A stretch of 55,731 nucleotides of DNA, counting the filler, from Trichosphaerium sp. ATCC 40318 (Eukaryota; Protista; Tubulinea): the NCBI GenBank assembly GCA_038496445.1. It is 3 parts of 3 records of this genome, joined end to end, with 100 filler letters (N's around TTAATTAATTAA, not from the genome) between each part and the next. Parts side by side here need not be neighbours in the genome. Positions count along the whole stretch, not along the records: positions 1 to 13,562 come from JALMLS010000230.1; 2 more parts are not named here. One strand, written 5' to 3'. Below, one piece after another: positions 1 to 12,719 of the stretch. Positions within the stretch are counted from its first letter, which is position 1, and each line of letters starts with the position of its first letter. A program made the position numbers and the translations under genes. The notes below the pieces were generated by a model. The model was not told the DNA's origin, did no database searches, and saw only the letters and a program-made list of their open reading frames with translations.

Positions 1-1459
1 TATCTTGGTTACTACCAGCGTGTTGGCTCATTGCTACTTTTGTCGGAGCTATGGTGTACCTCGCTTGCATGCAGTTTTATATGGGCGCAGCCTCCAAAGG
101 TACAAATCAATGTAATGGTTAATTCTGTTAGCTAAGTTGTATTGTAGTCAAGCCAAATGCGATTGGTTATATCAATGGCTTCTAACAGGATCTTTGGATC
201 TTAGTGGTATTATATTTTGGTTGTTTCTCGTAGTGTATGACTGGGGTGTATCGCTAAGGTACATTTCTTCCTTTTTTCTTGTTCACGAACTAATTCCTGA
301 TTTCTCTTTCTTAGATGGGTCTTCTTAGGATATGGTGTACTTGTGTTCATATTCGTTATACCATCTGCTTTCTTCATGGACCCTGATTATTCTTTACTGA
401 CGCAAGAAAACCAACCAGTTGTGGGGGAAAAACCACCATCGCTCTTGGAGATTTCGAAAGATGCTCCAAATCCCATCGTTATTGCGTCATGTATGTTCAA
501 TCTGATTAAAGCGTCTCAATTAAGACTTTCATATGAAGGCGTATGCGATATGTACAGCACCTTGGGTTACTTCTACTTGAGTACTGTACCTGATCAGATT
601 AATTGGGTGACAAATATTGGAACAGTTGATGCTGATGACGATACTGCTCATGATCTCACGTTAGGGTTTTCTATATTACTACCAGCACTTTCATTATTTG
701 CTCCCCTGGCAGGATTTATGTTTCATACAAAAGTGGAAGGTACACGTGAACTTACTTATTCGTTTGCATAATCATTTTTTTAAAACTAAATGATGTTTCT
801 TAGGTTTGCGGACTGCTTGGAGAGGTGCCTTACTATCTCTTATCCTTGGGCTCATGTGGGTTGCTTTTTCTATGATTAAGGTAGAGATCGTATATTTTCT
901 GATTTACTTTTGAAGCTAATATCTACGGGGTAGATTGCAAACTTACAATACGCCACTTTTATATTTTTTATTTTATGGAGAATGTCAACTTTTCTTTTCT
1001 CTAATCAGCTGATTCAACAATACTGTCCAAGAAACTTTAGTAGAATCGTAGTTGTGTACGCATCAAATACTAATTTAAATCAAAACCAAACACCATATAA
1101 TTGACACGTGATAAACAAAAGACGTTCAAATATAGTTTTTTATCATGTGATACTGACAAGTTATTTTGACTGTAGAGGATACTGTATCAGTGGTATTGGT
1201 ACATTCTTGACACCTGTTCTCGATACACTTGTGTCACCTAATAACTATTATTATTGGGTAAACTTTGGCATGTTTGCTGTATCTGTAGTTCCTACAGCAA
1301 TTCTACTTGGATTCGCATTTGCACTTCGCGATGCAAACTATAACGGCTTGATACTAACACGTCCTTCACACCCGTAAGTTTGACACTTTAAATCACTCTT
1401 ACTTATATTTTTATATTAGTGTTAATGAAGAAGATGTGGTGTCTTTACAACCATCATAA
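1..1459 (+). CDS. Multi-exon MFS-type membrane transporter (SLC43/FMP42-like), 5' part outside window
   Basis: Successive hydrophobic exons bounded by GT..AG introns, including IANLQYATFIFFILWRMSTF; last exon VNEEDVVSLQPS* ends at 1459. Family is from recalled motifs. Confidence 0.55.
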
Positions 1460-1853
1460 TAAACAAAGTTATAGCTAACTGCAGCTTACCAATTTTTTTG
1501 TATATCAGGTAGACTTTTAACTTTATTTTGTAAAGACACCATGTTTCGCAGTCACAACCAATCCGAACTTTGCAATTCTACCATGGTAGTTATCTTGCCA
1601 AATTCTTTTAGTGTAAAACCCCAAATAAAAAAGGCGTCATTTATATTTAGTGTACTGTTCACAACTTGTAACTTGCGCTTATTTCAAAGAAATCATGTGG
1701 TTGGTCAATATAAAACAACTCATTTGGCTATAATTTATATCCTAAAAGTGGTGTACCAGTAAGAACGTCATAAGATACAGAATAGTTTTTGTTAGGTAAT
1801 GTATTATTTATTACACATCTTCAACAGTACATAGAGAATCAATTGTTTATTGT

Positions 1854-2792
1854 TTACCTGTATCTTCTGTGGTTCCTTGTTCGTGTGAATGATGATACCC
1901 AAGTATTCCTATTTCGCTTTGCATATGATCTAGATCGGTTATTCGTGTGTCTTTTTCTTGAAGAGCTATATTTTGATCTCCTTGACGGAGAATACATTGA
2001 GCTTTGATCAAGAACATATGAGGGTGCTGGTGAAGAATGTGCAGGTAATATACAAGGAGTATAACTTGAGCTTGAAGGAGTGTACTTCGGGCTTATAGGA
2101 GTATACTTTGGGCTTGTAGGAGAATACTTTGGACTTGTAGGAGCATATATTGGGCTTGAAGGAGGATACTTTGGGCTTGTAGGAGAGTACTTTGGACTTG
2201 CAGGAGCATATATTGGGCTTGAAGGAGGATACTTTGGACTTGTAGGAGAATACTTTGGACTTGCCAGTGATATAGGAGTATACTTTGGGCTTGAAGGAGA
2301 ATACTTTGGACTTGCCAGTGATATAGGAGTATACCTTGGGCTTATAGGAGAATATGCCGTTGATGTAGGATCATATATTGGGCTTGAAGGAGGATACTTT
2401 GGACTTGTAGGAGAATACTTTGGACTTGCAGGAGCATATGCTGATAATGTAGGAGCATATCTTGGACTTGTAGGTGAATACTTTGGGCTGGTAGGAGAAT
2501 ACTTTGGACTTGCCGGTGATATAGGAGCATACCTTGGGCTTATAGTAGAATATGTTGGACAATACTCAAGGCTTGAACTACAGTAACCTGTGCTTACAGG
2601 GGCATAATTTTGGCTCGAACAATATAGAGATAGTGGCCTTTCATTGTAAGTACGTCTTTTCTTTCTACCTCTCTTCCAATGTGGTGATGGGTGTTGATTT
2701 TGGCGTCTTGGACGTGTTTTTTTTTTTGGTTTTGTACGAGATCTTGATTTGTTAGCTCTATTTCTTCGTTTACCCTGATAATTAACACCCAT
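1854..2792 (-). CDS. Intronless 312-aa protein with RNA polymerase II CTD-like heptads (YSPTSPK) between Arg/Lys-rich termini
   Basis: About 25 tandem Y-[SATP]-P-x-S-P-[KRI] heptads, several exact YSPTSPK; no Rpb1 catalytic domains in the ORF or upstream. Confidence 0.8.
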   Translation of the reverse strand: MGVNYQGKRRNRANKSRSRTKPKKKTRPRRQNQHPSPHWKRGRKKRRTYNERPLSLYCSSQNYAPVSTGYCSSSLEYCPTYSTISPRYAPISPASPKYSPTSPKYSPTSPRYAPTLSAYAPASPKYSPTSPKYPPSSPIYDPTSTAYSPISPRYTPISLASPKYSPSSPKYTPISLASPKYSPTSPKYPPSSPIYAPASPKYSPTSPKYPPSSPIYAPTSPKYSPTSPKYTPISPKYTPSSSSYTPCILPAHSSPAPSYVLDQSSMYSPSRRSKYSSSRKRHTNNRSRSYAKRNRNTWVSSFTRTRNHRRYR

Positions 2793-3394
2793 GGCTGTTA
2801 TTTTGATGCTATTGGTGTTTTTCGTAAAGGTTTGTGTTGTTTTTGTTATTGTGGATGCTATGCTCTCGGTGGTGTATTGTAATTATTGTTTGTTAATAAG
2901 TGTGATGTACCTTGACGAGGTATGACTATGTCAGCGCTTAACTTAATAAACAGTTCGTTTAACCTATATCTACGTACCTTACAATAAGTAGTATGTCTAC
3001 AAACAAACAATCTCCTCGGTTGGGTTTTATCAAGATTCAAGATTTTTTTTGAGTTTTTCTATTTTAAAACAAACACGTGAGCATTTTTTTTACTTGACGC
3101 CTGGTGACTGGTGCCTCATGCGCAGATTTTTTGAAGATGAGATGAAGTAATTCCATCGACTAACAATAGACTAAGTGAATGCCAAATGGCATATAATCAT
3201 TGACTTAACAAACCTCTTTCCATTGACCGTGTACCCACTGAATAGTTAACACCATCGCATCTCTTTGCTTTGTCTTGATGACTCCGGTAGTTGCTCTAGC
3301 AATACTATTACAACATGTGGCAGTACAATATGTTGTTTCTTTATTCACAATGTCAATTTCAAAGCTTAAATTTGTCCAGTCTTTTGATATTACT

Positions 3395-5552
3395 TCATGT
3401 TCTTATTTTATGTTTCCTCGGTTCAACCTCCAAAGATATGTTGTATTTTTCGTTTTCATTCATTGTAGTTCTCCATCCATTTATGGTTGATCTTAGCCAA
3501 GCCACTGATTTAAAGTTATAGCAAGGTTTTAATGTTTTGTTAAAATAACCAATAACCTCTAACAGGATGTTGTATTTTCTCATGTTGTATTGTGGAAATG
3601 GTGGACGTAAACAACCACTTTCTTGTGTAAGAACTATGTCTCGTAGATATAATCCAATGTAAGGAACTTGTGGTTGGTTATACTCACTACGCTTTCTGTA
3701 CAAAGAATGAGAAGACGAGGTCTTCAGGTAATGGGACAACGTTGCAAAACACTTATTTAAACGTACAAACAAAATTCTCGAATATCCTTGTTGCGTTCAG
3801 TTACACTCAATAAAACGCTTAAACTTTCATGTGACAACATCGTTGATATTGAAATCTACAGGCTCTTGATTAGCCACGTTTGAGAAAAAAGAAGGAAAAA
3901 AAAGAGTGCGGCTCAGAATTGGTATTTTGTTTGAAATCTTAACCTTGCTGAATGTGCCTTTTAGCCTATATACAGGTCCACTATGTAGTCCACTAATAAC
4001 ACCACAAGCATCATGAGTATTACCAATATCAACAAGTTGTTGAGCCAACTTAATAAAGTATGAAATTCGCTTTGCACGGATGTCAGCAGTCTTTCCCTGC
4101 AACACTTGTTCAGTTACATATCCAGCCACCTAAAAGCGTTGGTCAGAAAGCCATTCATACTTTTAATATCGTACTAATGTGAAATGATCTCTAAGTGCCT
4201 GTACTGATCTATGAAAAGGGTATGGGCAAAAGAATAGAGCTATCATCAAACATTTCCTCATTCTTGAAACAATGTGTAAATGAATGTGTAAACAAGCAAA
4301 AAAGAGAACCATACAATTCATGTGTCTTTAGTGTCATCTCTATTGCAAGTTCTCTTTGTGGTATATCCCACAATACATCTGTTTTCTTGATACATTTCTT
4401 TGGTATCAACAGATTTGATGCCAATGGCTCAGTGTAACAGAATCCTCGGAAACAGAACTCTGATTTTGTTTTCTACAAAAACATATCTGTAAGCACATGT
4501 GATTTTACCTGTTTGTTTTACATTGGTTTGAAGCATCACTTGTATTCTATCTGAGAACGCTTTTGATAGTACTTTGTAGTGATCTGGCGATAACACTTTA
4601 AGAGAAGCTTCAAATTGTAAAGAGAAAGTATTCGATGAAGTTGCAATGTCATCACAAAGTGGCACGTGTGATAAAACATATCCCAAAAACTGGATTACCC
4701 TTGTTTTATTTTGATTAGTTACACCAAATGTGTTATGAAGGCAAATGAGGAAAGGGTGACGGTGTGTACCTATGAGCATCAACACTTTTTGAATTCGCCT
4801 TGTATATTGACATGAGTTTAGGAATAATATGAGAAACAAACTCATGTTTGTAACAAAGATGGCCTGCTATGAGCGCAACCAAGTCACCTAATTTGATTAA
4901 ACATTAATCACTACAATGAACATACTTGAGGTGTCATAGTTGATCGTTTTAATATTAAAACATAAGTCATCAACAAGTTCTGTATGAGCAAACTTTGTGT
5001 TGTGACAAATCAGTTTGACAAATCCATCAACTGTACACACGTGTATAGATTCTATGCTGAAAAGACAACCATAGCTTGGTTTCTCAGTTTGTTCCAACTC
5101 TTTGCATAGCCTGATGTCCTTGTGTATAAACTAAAGCAAAAATCACTTAGTAAAAAAAAGTCGTTATTGAGCACTGTGATGCAAAAATTAGGTTCACTGT
5201 CACGTGGTTTGTATACAAGTAGTTTGTTAACGTACGGTGTCAATTTGAGGATGTTTCTGTAGCAATTCAACGGTAGGTTTGACAAGTATGCGTACAAGCG
5301 CAACCCATGTACCACGACACAGTTCAAGCATTTTAGATGCTTGGTAGACGTTAGTATTCCATAAATAATTTGTAGTCTTACCATCTTCATATTTGATGCC
5401 GTTTTTCGCTAACAGCGGTTTAATCCATGTTGTAGGTAACGCAAAAACAGCACACCAATTTTTTGAAACCTAAATACCGTTAGTCACGTGCGCGTGGTGA
5501 CTGTACATACTGTAGAGCAGTTGTGGCATAGTTGTTGAGGAGAAAGGTTCAT
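3395..5552 (-). CDS. Multi-exon RasGEF (CDC25-type) domain protein
   Basis: RAKRISYFIKLAQQL, GVISGLHSGPVYRLKGTF, PQVPYIGLYLRDIVLTQE and SLEVEPR match the CDC25 domain; both ends approximate. Confidence 0.8.
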
Positions 5553-5816
5553 AAATATGTGTTGGAGTATCTCATTGGGTAGATCATTTACCGAAGTCAT
5601 CAAAAACAAAGCAAAGAGATGTGACGGGTTCAATTGAACAGATTTTTATAGCTTTTTTATTCATTGAAAACATGTTTTGCACAAAAGCAGTTGTATCTTT
5701 CTGTGTTGGTTTATAGGAACTACCAACGTAATATGGTCGGTGTTTATTCGCGTGCTATAGCACGTTGTGAGAAAAGCTAATACATGCTACTTGTCGTTGA
5801 TCAACAGAAAGGGAAA

Positions 5817-6896
5817 CTATTTTTTTCTATTTGGTAAGTAAGTTCCAATAATTATAGCATGGCTTGTTTCATATGGTTCCAGAGTAATTTGTTCCCTAGG
5901 CCTAAGTGCTGTAAGACTATAAGTTGTCTAACAGCGTTTTTAGTTTATGCTTGTGTGCAACAAAGTAAATTTAACAACAGAATTGGTGAACTTTTCTGCT
6001 CTTAGATCTTTTACAGTTTGTGAGTAAAACTGCTCAGGTAGCATTGCATCACCAAAGATTTGCCGCTTGGCCTGTGGTAGCGAGTGAGTTAAATAACCTT
6101 CAGCTACAGCAACAAAAAGAAGGGATCATATGTACATGGACAGAAATAACAAAGCCTCCTCCATCTGAAAGGAAATATTGCGCATTCACACCAATAATAT
6201 GTGCTTGGTCACGTGTAGAAATATCAGAGAAGATGCAATCAACTGTATTGACCAGCATTCTAAGTTTGTTATTGAGTAGAAAGCAGTTGTCTTTTATCTA
6301 CTCTACCTGTATTTATGTGGATAACGGGCATCCTCAATGATTGGAACAATATTTGGTCTGTTTTTGGCAACTTCAACCAACTCACGACCACGTTTGTGAG
6401 AAACTTCTACAGCATAAACAACACCCTTCTAAAATGTATGTAACTAAGTCTGGTATTTGTTACAAAGCAACATACCTCTCCAACAATGTCAGACACATGA
6501 GAGACTGTAATACCAGATGCAGCACCCAAGTAGAGCACTCTTGATCCAGGCGCCATGTGAATATTAATAACACCGCTGATGATTGCTGCTGCAAGCTTTG
6601 ATTGGAATGGATTCCATGTTCTGTATTCTTTTTTCTCATTAGGTTCCTATTAAGAGTTAAGACTGTGTTCCTGGCTTCTGTTGGCTATTAATTGTTTTGA
6701 ATCGTCGTACTTGGCTTTTCACTGCTACTGTCACCTCGTCATACACAGAACGGCCTGGTGTTAGAGAACAGGTAAACATACGCTTTTCGCTGTTTATTTC
6801 GCCCAAAAATACTCCTAAAAAACGTTGATGTGGTTCAATTATAAGTTTGTATTCATCATTACGAATATCACTACGCCTACTACCGAATGGAAACAT
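5817..6896 (-). CDS. FBL: Divergent fibrillarin-like 2'-O-methyltransferase without GAR domain, multi-exon
   Basis: Spliced translation gives [62 protein letters not shown] and [20 protein letters not shown], collinear with fibrillarin/Nop1. Confidence 0.9.
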
Positions 6897-7043
6897 AACA
6901 AATGTGTAGAAAAATAAAGACTATTTGTGTTAGTCATTTTTCTTATTGGTTTGTCTAAAATAAAAACTGATTTGCATCACGTGTTAATCAAAAAAAAAAC
7001 TGTTGTGGTAAATGAAATATATTTGAAGTACTGCTTAATGAGT

Positions 7044-8385
7044 TTACATGCTCCATGAGACAAAGAGAAGGACCAAAGAGAAGGATACAAGGTTAGTGCT
7101 GGAAGAAGTATCTTCCGTTGGTGCAACAGTCACTTCACTCGGCATCACGGATCCATCACTAGGCGCATCAGGTGCCATTGGAGATTCTGTTGTTGCTGAA
7201 GGCGATTCTGTAGTTGCTGAAGGCGCTTCTGTTGTTGGTGAAGGCGCTTCTGTTGTTGGTGAAGCTTCTGATGGCATACTCGGTTCTGCTGTTGGTATGT
7301 CTGTAGGATTGCATCCAGACTCTGATGGATCACAGTAAAGATTAGGCATCAAAGTACCGTGCCATTTCGCTCTCAACTCAGCAACACTTTGGCTGTCGGC
7401 TTTGTTAGTATCCCAGAAGCTGTATCCAAACTTTTCTCTATGAAAGAATGGACCAACATGGCCACCCCAGAATCCTTCATCAGCCAAAGTATTACACAGA
7501 CCACGAGACCACTTGAGCGACCAAGGAATTCCTGATTTTGGACCAGGAAAAATGCCCTCAGCTCCACCACCTGCGGCAACACAAGGAGAATGACCATCAG
7601 GTAAGTAAGGCTTTTGATCGTCAGGATCAGAAGGTACGAAACTTGCTCCACAGTGAGAGTTTGTACTGCTTTGACAAGGACCGTAAACTTCTGCAGAATC
7701 TGCTGTGGCAGGGTATTTTGTGTCCCACATTGTAGTGAACTTGCGTTCAGCACCCCACTGAGCACGAGCAAACATGCAGTAATCCTTCTTTACTTGTCTG
7801 TCAGCACTCGTATAGCCTAAAAAAAAGATCACTTTTGTTTTTTCTACTTCCTAAGCTGCATGTAGAAAACACGTGACATGCCAAAGTGGCTTTTTTTCAC
7901 AAATTAATTGGTATACTCTTTTTTTCGTACCTACTAGCGCTCGCACGTGATTTAACGCTATACGATGCCACTCATCGACTTCTGCTTTCGTTGGATTCAA
8001 GACGTCGGCAAAAGGATTGTGCTTATAGAATACCTCGCGTATGCCTCTAATACGATCTACTTGAGGGCAAATAGCCTTCCAGAAGTCCTCTCTGTTCATT
8101 TTGGAAGGATTGTAAATAGTTCCATCCCATTTAGAGTCTTCCCATGCTTGAGCGTTAATCCAAAGTACGCCATCAGGATCATGTGATACTTGGTTGCTGG
8201 AAATCGCTTTTGTTTCGAATGACGACCAATCAGCTGGATCTGGAGTATACTGCTGTAGAAATACTGTTGTCACACATAAGCATAGAATCAAGCAAGTGAC
8301 TAGTTGTGGTAAGTTGTTTGATCCAAAATAATAACAAACCAAGCGCAAATATTAAAAATACAAAAACAACAAGAAAAAATAACAT
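7044..8385 (-). CDS. Secreted, probably GPI-anchored protein: Trp/Cys-rich globular domain plus S/T/P/E-rich stalk
   Basis: Signal peptide MLFFLVVFVFLIFAL; exons in ORFs 7851-8348 and 7044-7832; PTTEAPS repeats; hydrophobic C-terminus. Confidence 0.7.
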
Positions 8386-8929
8386 AAATGACACGTGACA
8401 AAAGTATAAAGTTTTTTGGAAATTATTTAAGACTCGTAAAGTTGAATTGTTTTGGATTGCCAAGGAGACTCTTGTACTTATTCTAACGTGTACCTGACAC
8501 AAAGTTTTGCATCTTCAGTTGTTACGATGTTGAGAAAAATGATCTTATTATGAACGTAATTCACACAATTAATCAAGAGGCAACATTTTGTCGTTTTGAA
8601 AGGCAAATTACAGACTGTTATCACGTGATTACTCAAAGTAAACTTAATATGACTTGTGTGGTATCTTTTGTACCGAATTAGCTTAAAAATGGTGGCAAAA
8701 ATAATGGTACAAAGCATAATTAGCTTGCACTTTAGAAAATGGCAAAAAATGTTCTCCTTCTTTGGCAGTGTGCTTAATCCACGCCAAAAGAGGTACACGC
8801 AACTAAATACTGTTCGATTAGCGCTAACGTTTGTATTGAACAAGACTAATGTCATACGGTACAAAAAGCCATAAATAGAAAAATATCTTCATAGCATGAT
8901 TCAAACGAGGTAAACTAGTTAAAAACAGT

Positions 8930-9845
8930 ATGGCACGCCCAGTTATAATAGATACAGACCCAGGAGGTACGCTAATACCGTTTTTGATATTAATTAACAT
9001 AAAACCCAGTCGATGACGCTCTAGCTATACTCCTAGCGCTTGTTTCGCCTAAAATTAAGGTTCTCGGGATTACAATCGTACCTGGGAACCTAAGTGACGT
9101 TAAACAAATGGCGGAAAACGCGTTCAAGATCCTAGAAGTAGCAAACAGGCGCCACGTGCCGGTACGGACAAAAAATCAGTCTTTTTTTTTGTATTTGCTC
9201 ATTGCAAAACAGGTCTTTGTTGGCGCGTTGAAGCCTTTAGCACGTGCTCATAGACCCAGTGATTATTGTGTATATGGCTATGATGGTATGGGTGACACAG
9301 GTACACAAACAAAGAAATACGCTGGTTTGTTTACTGGTTTTTTCTAGACTATCCTAATACGGATCGTAAAGTTTCAGATAAATTACGTCCATGAAGTCTA
9401 CACAATGGGAGGTGCTGTAGGTTATCCTGGTAATAGAACAACTGCAGCTGAATTTAACAGTAAGTACAACAATGAACGTTCAAAGCTAATAATTGTGGCA
9501 GTATCGATTGATCCTGAAGCAGCCAAAATATTTTTTAATGCAGGTAATGCTTTTTACTAAAGTGAGAAGCTTTGAGATCTCTGATTTTAATCTTACCTAC
9601 AAGTACATGAAACTTAAAGTAAGGTTGACGATCCTATGTCTACAATGACAATACTAGAACCTACAATGTTCACATCACGTGAGATATGCGTTGATGTTGA
9701 GACAAAAGGCGAATTGACAACAGGTGCAACTATTGGTGATTTTCAGAATGTTTGGAACCGTTCTGCGAATGTTATACTTTACACCAGCGTTGATGAAACA
9801 AGGCTAAAAGATGCAATGTGTAACGTATTAAGACATGCAAAGTAA
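8930..9845 (+). pseudogene. Inosine-uridine preferring nucleoside hydrolase, internally deleted
   Basis: IIDTDPG/VDDALAI, GITIVPGN, GYDGMGD, MGG..GNRTTAAEFN, DPEAAK, VDVETKGELTTGAT present; the GPLTN and GLDVT segments are missing and the frame breaks near 9385. Confidence 0.7.
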
Positions 9846-9953
9846 AGTATACAACACAATCTAAAGCCTATGTTTCACATAGTACTTAACAAGATCTGTT
9901 GCTGTTTATTTAAACTCATTTGTTTTGTTTACTGTTTGAAGAAGAATGAAACT

Positions 9954-10747
9954 TTATTGTGTAATTTTTACATCAAGTTCACCAATAGGTTTACTCCAAT
10001 CGAAATCTGGTGATCGAGCTTCAACTGAAGACCGTTGATTCATCAATAATCCTAATCAAAAATAAGTTTGATTTAACACATCATTGCATTGCATGGTTGG
10101 CTTTAATGGATTAACTATTTTCATACCATATGTGATATCCATCTTAGTCTCTTTGGTAATTGGAAGAGGACCAATAGAATCAACTGTGAAGGCGAATAAA
10201 GCTCTTTTCAGAAAGTTAGCGTAAGTCTTAGTTTTATTGTTCAACGTGTTTGTAGGCATACCTCAGGTGAGAACGGCTCAAGAGAACAGTGTAAGTATGG
10301 CCGACAGTCAATTCTGAACCGACATTGCAGTTTGCTACACCATGCTTGGTGGCATTTTGAGCAGAAATGTCAGTCAATGCAACTTTTCCCATATCACTTA
10401 ACAAATTGATGTTAAAATACTTTCATAGGTGAAGAAAAAAGAGTACCAAACGCGATACATATCATCTCCTGCTAAACTGTAGGTCATTGATGCGGTTTCA
10501 GCCTTACAACCTCCATTGAACAAGATGTAAGGCTAAAAAAACCAATAAACACGTGGTTCGTAAATATCTCAAGTATCGCACGTGCCTCACGCAATTCGCG
10601 GTCAACAAAAAGACCAGATGTGGCGTATGAGCCACCACAGCTGTATGAAGCTTCAAAACTGAACTTTGTAGGTACACGTAATGGTGGTAGCGATTGAGAA
10701 GCGACGAAAGCGATGCACGCTAGTAGTAAGAGAAGTTGTGTTGCCAT
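9954..10747 (-). CDS. Multi-exon secreted protein, unknown function
   Basis: Signal peptide MATQLLLLLACIAFVASQ, GT-AG bounded exons, last exon ..KPIGELDVKITQ*. Confidence 0.6.
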
Positions 10748-11214
10748 TGTAGTTTGAGGATAATTACCAAGAGCACACTTAAGAACACGTCTAAATCAGG
10801 AAAGTAATTTCCCCGTGAGAAGAGTTTTTTTTTTTGTTTTTTTTTTCGATTATTGTTCTGCGTTACAATAACAATACTATTGTAGGGTAATACGGTCCGC
10901 CTATTTATTCCTTTGCGGTCCCATACAGATTTACATATCTGATAGGAACACTTACAGAGTAAAAGTTTTGTTGTTGTAGCTTGTGAGATACAAAATTTCT
11001 ACTCCATGTTTGACTCGTCATATTTCCAATTTTGTTTTTGATAATTTTGTATTGATTTTTGTTTGTTATTTTCCTGTTTTTGTAAGACTTCGATATGGTT
11101 GTGGGTTTGGGTGGGTGCTATCGTAGGATTGCGGAAACGTTGTTACGTTCAAGGAACAAAAGGGCTTAAGAATACTTAGTATTGTTAATGTCCTTGAACA
11201 ATAACTACAATTAG

Positions 11215-11893
11215 TTAAGTACCACTACTTATACACATAATAACCCTAATAGTGACGCATTTGAATATGGGTTTATACTTCAACTTGTAAAGGATTGGAC
11301 CTTGAGCTGTTTATAGTTGTAGTTTATCAATCAATAATCAGTATCAATGTCAATTTGGTTAAGCATGTGTACTTAAAACAAAATAGCCCGTATCAATAAA
11401 ACTCAGTGATTGATTATGCATTGTTGGTTAAGTATGTAAACTTAAAATGAAATAGCCCGTATCAAAGTACAACTTTTCAATCACCTTTTGAATGTGATTA
11501 AGGATGCGTACTTAAAACGTAATGACTCTAATGGTGGCAAATACAATGTTGTTGGCTAGGGTTTTAAACAAATATCTAATTTGTAGTTGTAAACGCTTTT
11601 GGAATCAATCTGGTAACTGTGTTAAGTAGGTGAACTTAGATCGTAATAGCAACAATCAATCTAGTGAATTGTATTAAGCAAGGAAACTTAGTGTACAATG
11701 GCAACAATCAATCTTAGAGTAATGGCTATTCACTAGTGCTAAGTAATACAACTTAATGCAACATAGCACCAATCAATCTAAATAAAGCACATTAAGGATG
11801 TGTGCTTAATGCAAAATGGCAACAATCAATCTAGTTTAATGGCTATTCACTAATGCTGCTAAGTAATACAACTTAATGCAAGATAGCAACAAT
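11215..11893. repeat. Array of ~9-10 degenerate units containing the palindrome YTAAG-N8-CTTAR plus an ATRGC/AACAATCAATCT tail
   Basis: Copies start at 11215, 11359, 11428, 11498, 11622, 11674, 11739, 11792 and 11859, with a weaker one near 11288. Confidence 0.85.
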
Positions 11894-12719
11894 AGTACAT
11901 GCAAGCATGAACAATGTATCATTCTTGAAATTGTTCCTGAAACTCTAAGAAACTCAAAGAATCACTGAAATCGTGAACTCTCTGAGTTGATTATAATCGG
12001 TGTCGGTTTGTTAAAGATGAGTGGGGTGATTGAGTATGGTTGGTATGGTTGTTCGTACCTGTTGTAAAATGAGAGTTACAATACAGTAAGCACTTGTATC
12101 TTTATATTGAACTTTTTAATGAAATCGCAAACATAATTTGGATTATAGCTGTTGATACAAAGCTTCTGGTGTGTATTCATAACATACATAGACAAGAAAT
12201 AGGCAAATGTTTTGAACGAAAGGTTAGCCTACGAAATTATGTTGGACGAATACAATGAGTTCTAGAAGTCGAAAAAATGATGCTATTTCTGTCACACCAC
12301 TATAGCAAACCTGAGGTGGTTATACATACGTTGTTCCGTGATACACCACGGTTTCTTATGTGAATATCTTTTTATTATATATGTCGTTGTTTGTGTGTAG
12401 CGATAAACACCACAATGGCTGTGTTAAATTCTGTACCTGCAATTTTGAATTAAGGATAAGGATGCTCATGAAGCTAGTAAGTTCTGTTACGTTATTGAAG
12501 AAATAGCTGTGATATGTTGTGTTTTCTTTTCACGCTTGCTATGGACAAAAGAACAATTTTACGTAAGTCACGTGACTTTTTTAGGTGAAAACTTAACAGT
12601 GAATTGTTTCTATACTTCAACTACGCCAAACAAAGATAGACCGGTGGTACTAGTTTGCTCCCATAGATGTACACATTATCTGTTTTATTGTTTTGTTTGG
12701 AGGCTTTTACGCTTATAAC

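Noticed and set aside
2080-2586. Gly-rich ORF (YFGLVGE repeats) on +
   Set aside because: Antisense shadow of the heptad repeats.
11350-11893. LRR-like reading (KxVxLxxN) or ciliate-code ORF in the palindrome array
   Set aside because: Unit spacing mostly breaks frame, a TGA is present, and neighbouring genes use TAA/TAG as stops.
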